Under the pieces are notes generated by a model. That model ran no database searches, was not told the DNA's origin, and saw only the letters and a program-made list of their open reading frames with translations. The position numbers and the translations under genes are program-made. From contig DAIEHA010000001.1 of assembly GCA_027355945.1 (NCBI GenBank), forward strand, positions 3,390-67,389: a stretch of 64,000 bases of DNA, given 5' to 3'. Of this stretch, positions 59,789-64,000 are shown in pieces; the stretch's first letter is position 1; every line of letters starts with the position of its first letter. The stretch is from Candidatus Parcubacteria bacterium. GTDB lineage: Bacteria; Patescibacteriota; Minisyncoccia; UBA6257; 2-01-FULL-56-20.

Positions 59789-60689
59789 AGGTTCCCCAGA
59801 CGAAGGTGGCGACGGCAGTGCCGACGAGGAGCGCCGCGGCCTCGCCGAACTCGCGCCAGAACTTCCGTTCGAAGACGACCGCGCCGTAGATCGTGAAGCC
59901 GGCGATGAGGAGCACGCCGAGCGAGGTGGAGATGGCGAAGGCGGTGATCATCGCGCGTATGAGGAAGTAGGGAAGCGCGAGAAGGATGACCGAGGTGAAG
60001 TAGGAGAATCCCGTGAGCATTCCCGATGCGATGGCGGATTTCTCCGTGTCCTGCTTCGCTTGGAGATATGCCGCGGACCCCATCGAGATCGCGGCGGCGA
60101 ATCCCACGATGACGCCCGCAACCCCTGCAATGAGGGTGGAGCCCGTCACGCCGAGGAATCCCGCATGGACGCCCGTGATCTCCACGATCGCGTCTGCGAG
60201 GCCGAGTACGATGAAGCCGATGTAGCTCACTCGCGCCTCTTTGATCTGGCTGATGAGGGCGCGTTCATGGGAGCGCTCATCTTCGATGATCTCAGAAAGT
60301 CTTCCTTGCGCGTCCGGGGGGAGCAGCGCGCGGATCGATTCATACTGTTCCGGTGCGCCGTGCTCATGCCCCTCGAGAAGTCTCGTGATAAAGGTCACGC
60401 CGAGGGCCGTGCGCAGGAATCGCATCCATGCGATGGTGGCATTCCGGGGACGGATCGCTTCCGCGGCGGCGGGATCGTCTTTTGCAAGGAGCGACCTCCA
60501 GAATTCATAATGGGACCGTTCCTGGGCGGAGAGCCGTTCGAGCGCTTCACGATTGCCTGCATCCTTCTGCCGGGCCGCGAGCGCCGCATACACGAGATGC
60601 TCGGTGAGCTCGTTCACGGCGTTCATGCGATAAAGCTCCCGCAGGGATGCGGGCGAAGATGCTTCCGTCGGCGCGTGGAGGTCTTGCAT
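59748..60689 (-). CDS. Ferritin/rubrerythrin-like domain fused to a VIT1/CCC1 transporter (MbfA-like)
   Basis: E..E...Y, QERSH, DERSH di-iron motifs; VLGLADA, AISMGSAAY membrane domain; start 60689 follows TGTATACT. Confidence 0.85.
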   Translation of the reverse strand: MQDLHAPTEASSPASLRELYRMNAVNELTEHLVYAALAARQKDAGNREALERLSAQERSHYEFWRSLLAKDDPAAAEAIRPRNATIAWMRFLRTALGVTFITRLLEGHEHGAPEQYESIRALLPPDAQGRLSEIIEDERSHERALISQIKEARVSYIGFIVLGLADAIVEITGVHAGFLGVTGSTLIAGVAGVIVGFAAAISMGSAAYLQAKQDTEKSAIASGMLTGFSYFTSVILLALPYFLIRAMITAFAISTSLGVLLIAGFTIYGAVVFERKFWREFGEAAALLVGTAVATFVWGTFIGNLFHVHPSSF

Positions 60690-60752
60690 TTCCCTTACAG
60701 TATACAATATCGCCGCTGGAAAAAACCGGCTGCCTCAATTATCATAGTGGGA

Positions 60753-62654
60753 ATGACCCTCAACGAGGTGCGTAGGCGGTTTCTCGAGTTCTATAAGGCG
60801 CGCGGTCACGCGGTGATCCCGTCGGCGCGTCTCGTTCCTGAGAACGATCCCACGACCCTTTTCACGGGGAGCGGCATGCAGCCGCTCGTACCGTATCTTC
60901 TCGGTGCTGCCCATCCGCAGGGGCGGAGGATCGCCGATTCGCAGAAGGCGTTCCGCGCGGAGGATATCGACGAGGTGGGCGACAATCGCCACACCACGTT
61001 CTTCGAAATGCTGGGGAACTGGTCGCTCGGGGATTATTTCAAAGCGGAACAGCTTCCATGGTTCTTTGAGTTCCTGACGAGCGATGAGGCGCAGGGTGGG
61101 ATCGGACTCGACCCCGCACGTCTTTATGTGACCGTCTTTGCGGGCGACGAGGCGACCGGTATCCCCGCCGATGAGGAGTCGGCGGCGATCTGGAAGCGCG
61201 TGTTCGCGGAAAAAGGGATCGTGGCGGAATATGTCGCGCTCGGTTCAGAGAAGAACGGGAGCGCGCGCGGTATGCAGGGAGGAAGGATCTTCTCTTATGA
61301 TGTGAAGAAGAACTGGTGGAGCCGCGCCGGAGTTCCGGCGAACATGCCGGCAGGCGAACCGGGAGGCCCCGACTCCGAGGTGTTCTATGAGTTCACCTCG
61401 GTGCCGCACGATCCGGAATTCGGAGATCATTGCCATCCGAACTGCGATTGCGGGAGGTTCCTCGAGATCGGCAACAGCGTGTTCATGGAATACAAGAAGC
61501 GCGAGGATGGATCGTTCGAGAAGCTTGCCCAGCGCAACGTAGATTTCGGGGGCGGGCTTGAACGGTTCGCGGCCGCATCCATCGATGATAGCGACATGTT
61601 CGCGATAGATGTCTTTCGCGAGATGGCCGCGGTCCTTCCCGCGGGAGGTGATCGGCGGAAGGTACGCATCATTCTGGACCATCTCCGCGGTTCGGTGTTC
61701 CTCATCGGCGACGGCATCCTTCCCTCGAACAAGGGGCAGGGATACATGCTCCGCAAACTGCTCCGCCGCGCCGCACTTTTTTCCGATGCGCTGAAGCCGG
61801 AAGAGGGATGGCTCGAGAGGATGATCGGGACCGTGTGCATCTATTATAAAGAGCAGTATCCGGACCTTGATGCGCACCGGGAGGAGATCGTACACGCGAT
61901 CATCGAGGAATTCCGTAAATTTGGTGCGACCGTGAAGGAGGGGTTGAAGGAGTTCTCGCGAAGGGCCGAAGGGGGGACGGTGACGGGGAGGGACGCGTTC
62001 GATCTCTACCAAAGCTATGGATTCCCGTGGGAGCTCACCGAGGAGATCGCCGCGGAACGCGGCATTCCCGTGGACAGGAAGGAGTTCGAGGAGGAATTCA
62101 CGAAGCACAGGGATCTTTCCCGTACCGCATCCGCGGGCGTGTTCAAAGGTGGTCTTGCGGACGCATCCGCGGAGACCACGCGCCTTCATACGACCCATCA
62201 TCTTCTCCTGAGGGCGCTTCAGACGGTGCTCGGTTCCGGTGTGAAGCAGCGGGGGAGCAACATCACCGCCGAGCGCCTGCGTCTTGATTTCTCTTACGAC
62301 GGCGGAAGGCTGACGGACGAGGAGCGGCGCGAGGTGGAACGTATCGTGAACGAGAGGATACGCGAGGACCTTCCGGTGATTCGGAGCGAGATGCCTCGCG
62401 AGGAGGCGGAGAAGCTCGGCGCCGAACATGAATTCGGGCAGAAATATCCCGAGCGCGTATCCGTGTATTCGGTGGGACCCAAGGATGCGACGCCAGCCGA
62501 TCCGAAGTTCGCCGATGCGTTTTCGATAGAGTTCTGCGGCGGTCCTCATGTGGCCCGCACCGGGGAGATCGGGGGCGAGTTCAAGATCATGAAAGAGGAG
62601 GCGGTGAGCGCGGGGATCCGCCGCATCCGCGGCGTGATCGTGCCGCGCGCGTGA
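60753..62654 (+). CDS. alaS: Alanine--tRNA ligase (short form, no C-Ala)
   Basis: DPTTLFTGSGMQP, HTTFFEMLGNWS.GDYFK, DFGGGLER, DHLR, HTTHH and EFCGGPH editing motifs; true start MTLNEVR. Confidence 0.97.
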   Translation: MTLNEVRRRFLEFYKARGHAVIPSARLVPENDPTTLFTGSGMQPLVPYLLGAAHPQGRRIADSQKAFRAEDIDEVGDNRHTTFFEMLGNWSLGDYFKAEQLPWFFEFLTSDEAQGGIGLDPARLYVTVFAGDEATGIPADEESAAIWKRVFAEKGIVAEYVALGSEKNGSARGMQGGRIFSYDVKKNWWSRAGVPANMPAGEPGGPDSEVFYEFTSVPHDPEFGDHCHPNCDCGRFLEIGNSVFMEYKKREDGSFEKLAQRNVDFGGGLERFAAASIDDSDMFAIDVFREMAAVLPAGGDRRKVRIILDHLRGSVFLIGDGILPSNKGQGYMLRKLLRRAALFSDALKPEEGWLERMIGTVCIYYKEQYPDLDAHREEIVHAIIEEFRKFGATVKEGLKEFSRRAEGGTVTGRDAFDLYQSYGFPWELTEEIAAERGIPVDRKEFEEEFTKHRDLSRTASAGVFKGGLADASAETTRLHTTHHLLLRALQTVLGSGVKQRGSNITAERLRLDFSYDGGRLTDEERREVERIVNERIREDLPVIRSEMPREEAEKLGAEHEFGQKYPERVSVYSVGPKDATPADPKFADAFSIEFCGGPHVARTGEIGGEFKIMKEEAVSAGIRRIRGVIVPRA

Positions 62655-62676
62655 CGCGGTATGGTAAAATGAAAAC

Positions 62677-63900
62677 GTGAAGTTTTCCTCCTTCCTGCAT
62701 CCCAAAGAGCGATTCCTCGTCCTTGAGATCATGCCGTCCGGAGCGAACGGCCTATTTTTTTCCATCGACGATGAACACAATCTCGTGTTCGAGAAGTTCG
62801 TCCGCGGGATCGATCTTCGAAGGTTCTTTGCGCGTCCGTGGCGCCGCGCGGCGCAGCAGTCTTGGGAAGGGGAATATCTCTTCAAGGATCGCCGGCGGGT
62901 GATGGCGGTGGCCGATCCCTCGCGCGCGACGACGATCCCCATCCCGGTGGAGTTCGCGCGCGAACCCTCGGATGTAAAACTGCCGATCACGGTGCCTGAG
63001 CTCGAGAATCGCATCGCTCAGGAGACGGCGAAGATCTTCAACCGGTGCCGGACCGAGGCCGCCGCGCGCCTTGGCGTCCATGAACTTGATGCAGTGCTCG
63101 TGGGAGAGAAGGCGCGCGCATTCAAGGTGGACAGCGATACCGTAGCGGACCCCGCAGGACTTACGGGGAAGAAGGTGGCGCTTCTCCTCGAGCTCACCTT
63201 CACCGGGCGCGGGCTTTTTGAGGCGCTCAAGCCGTTCTTCAATGCGCCGGAGGACTTCTATTTCGCGGAATCCCCGCAGGCGCGCCTTTCATCGCTCGCA
63301 CGGGTGAGCAAAATACCTCTCAATATGATATTTCCCGGCGGCCATGCCGTCGTCGATGAGGCTCCGCGCGCATCGCTTTTCACGCTCAAGCCTGCGCACG
63401 GAAGGCATGCGCACCCCGTGCTCTTCCGGGAACCGTTCTCGTGGGAGTTTGCGCGGGTGTTCGAACGCATCGAGCGCGCGTTCGCCGTGGGTCCGGAGGT
63501 GGCGCGAGGATTGTATGCCGCCTATTGCGAAGGGGGATTCTCAGAAGCGGGAGGGAGGGCATTCAAGAAGACGATCGATCCGGCATTCGAAGAGCTTTTC
63601 GCCGAGATGGCGAAAAAGAGGATAAAAGGATCCGTATACATGGATGCGCCGTATGGACTTCCCTTCACGCTTCCGCACCGCGAAGGCGATGCCGTGTTCG
63701 AGGCGATGCCGCTCGGGGAAGCCCTTGAAATCGTGGGATTTGCGGAGGGGATGCAGGCGTTCGGAGGAAGGACGCGGGAGGTGCCCGATGCGAACGCCCT
63801 TTCGCGCCACCTGCTGCCGTTCATTGAGGCGTACTTCGATCGCAGCGGTACGGATCTCAATAGAAAGCTGCGCCGCCGCCTCCATTGGCTCGCATCCTGA
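62677..63900 (+). CDS. Hypothetical protein, possibly a degenerate FtsA/actin-like fold
   Basis: 407 aa; GTG 6 nt after TGGTAAAAT; 'FKVD...V.DP.GL.GK...L.L.F' resembles the FtsA 1C region. Family assignment is tentative. Confidence 0.6.
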   Translation: MKFSSFLHPKERFLVLEIMPSGANGLFFSIDDEHNLVFEKFVRGIDLRRFFARPWRRAAQQSWEGEYLFKDRRRVMAVADPSRATTIPIPVEFAREPSDVKLPITVPELENRIAQETAKIFNRCRTEAAARLGVHELDAVLVGEKARAFKVDSDTVADPAGLTGKKVALLLELTFTGRGLFEALKPFFNAPEDFYFAESPQARLSSLARVSKIPLNMIFPGGHAVVDEAPRASLFTLKPAHGRHAHPVLFREPFSWEFARVFERIERAFAVGPEVARGLYAAYCEGGFSEAGGRAFKKTIDPAFEELFAEMAKKRIKGSVYMDAPYGLPFTLPHREGDAVFEAMPLGEALEIVGFAEGMQAFGGRTREVPDANALSRHLLPFIEAYFDRSGTDLNRKLRRRLHWLAS

Positions 63901-63939
63901 GGTCCGGAAATGCCCTTGCGATATGATATACTTAAAGGC

Positions 63940-64000
63940 ATGAAAAAAATCGTACTCGAAAAAGGCGATGGCATTGCGGAGGTCATCGACCGGATGCTTG
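63940..64000 (+). CDS. N-terminus of a protein running off the window end
   Basis: MKKIVLEKGDGIAEVIDRML; TGATATACT 7 nt before the ATG. Confidence 0.6.
   Translation, partial: MKKIVLEKGDGIAEVIDRML

Noticed and set aside
59619-60752. Apparent 378-aa N-terminal extension making AlaRS 1011 aa
   Set aside because: It is the antisense shadow of the VIT1/CCC1 gene; the AlaRS start at 60753 has its own -10 box.
1-64000. CRISPR array, DGR, retron, intron/intein, or stop-codon reassignment
   Set aside because: No regularly spaced repeats, RT, Cas or intein insertions seen (DnaB is normal length). TGA terminates conserved genes and RF2 is present.

Overview
GC-rich bacterial chromosomal segment using genetic code 11 (TGA stops, prfB present). 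Gene content and reduced protein forms point to a Patescibacteria/CPR (Parcubacteria-like) genome; this is inferred, not searched. Most of it is housekeeping: valS (partial), tgt, uvrB/uvrA/uvrC, tsaC, pfkB-fba, rplY, metG-tatD, leuS, htrA, rRNA methyltransferases, five tRNAs, frameshifted prfB, ctpA, rplI, rpmA, typA, msrB, ABC-F, obgE, tig, a DsbB/thioredoxin pair, an ECF sigma, recR, dnaB, cysS, corA, hrcA-grpE-dnaK-X-dnaJ and alaS, interspersed with surface proteins and ORFans. I found no CRISPR array, prophage or intact IS. Most notable: (1) a ~186-nt three-way-junction RNA candidate at 47721-47906 whose two apical loops both show AGGGGA; (2) UvrB fused in frame to a transmembrane helix and an IPT/TIG-like domain, beside a UvrA lacking its insertion domain and a UvrC lacking HhH; (3) a TAnnnT -10 box 5-10 nt before most start codons (leaderless mRNAs), including bidirectional promoters, while the ORFans carry SD sites; (4) a variant CIRCE; (5) CysRS with a Cys-to-Asp change at a zinc ligand; (6) an IS481-like HTH with a basic tail and a stand-alone alpha-CTD-like protein.
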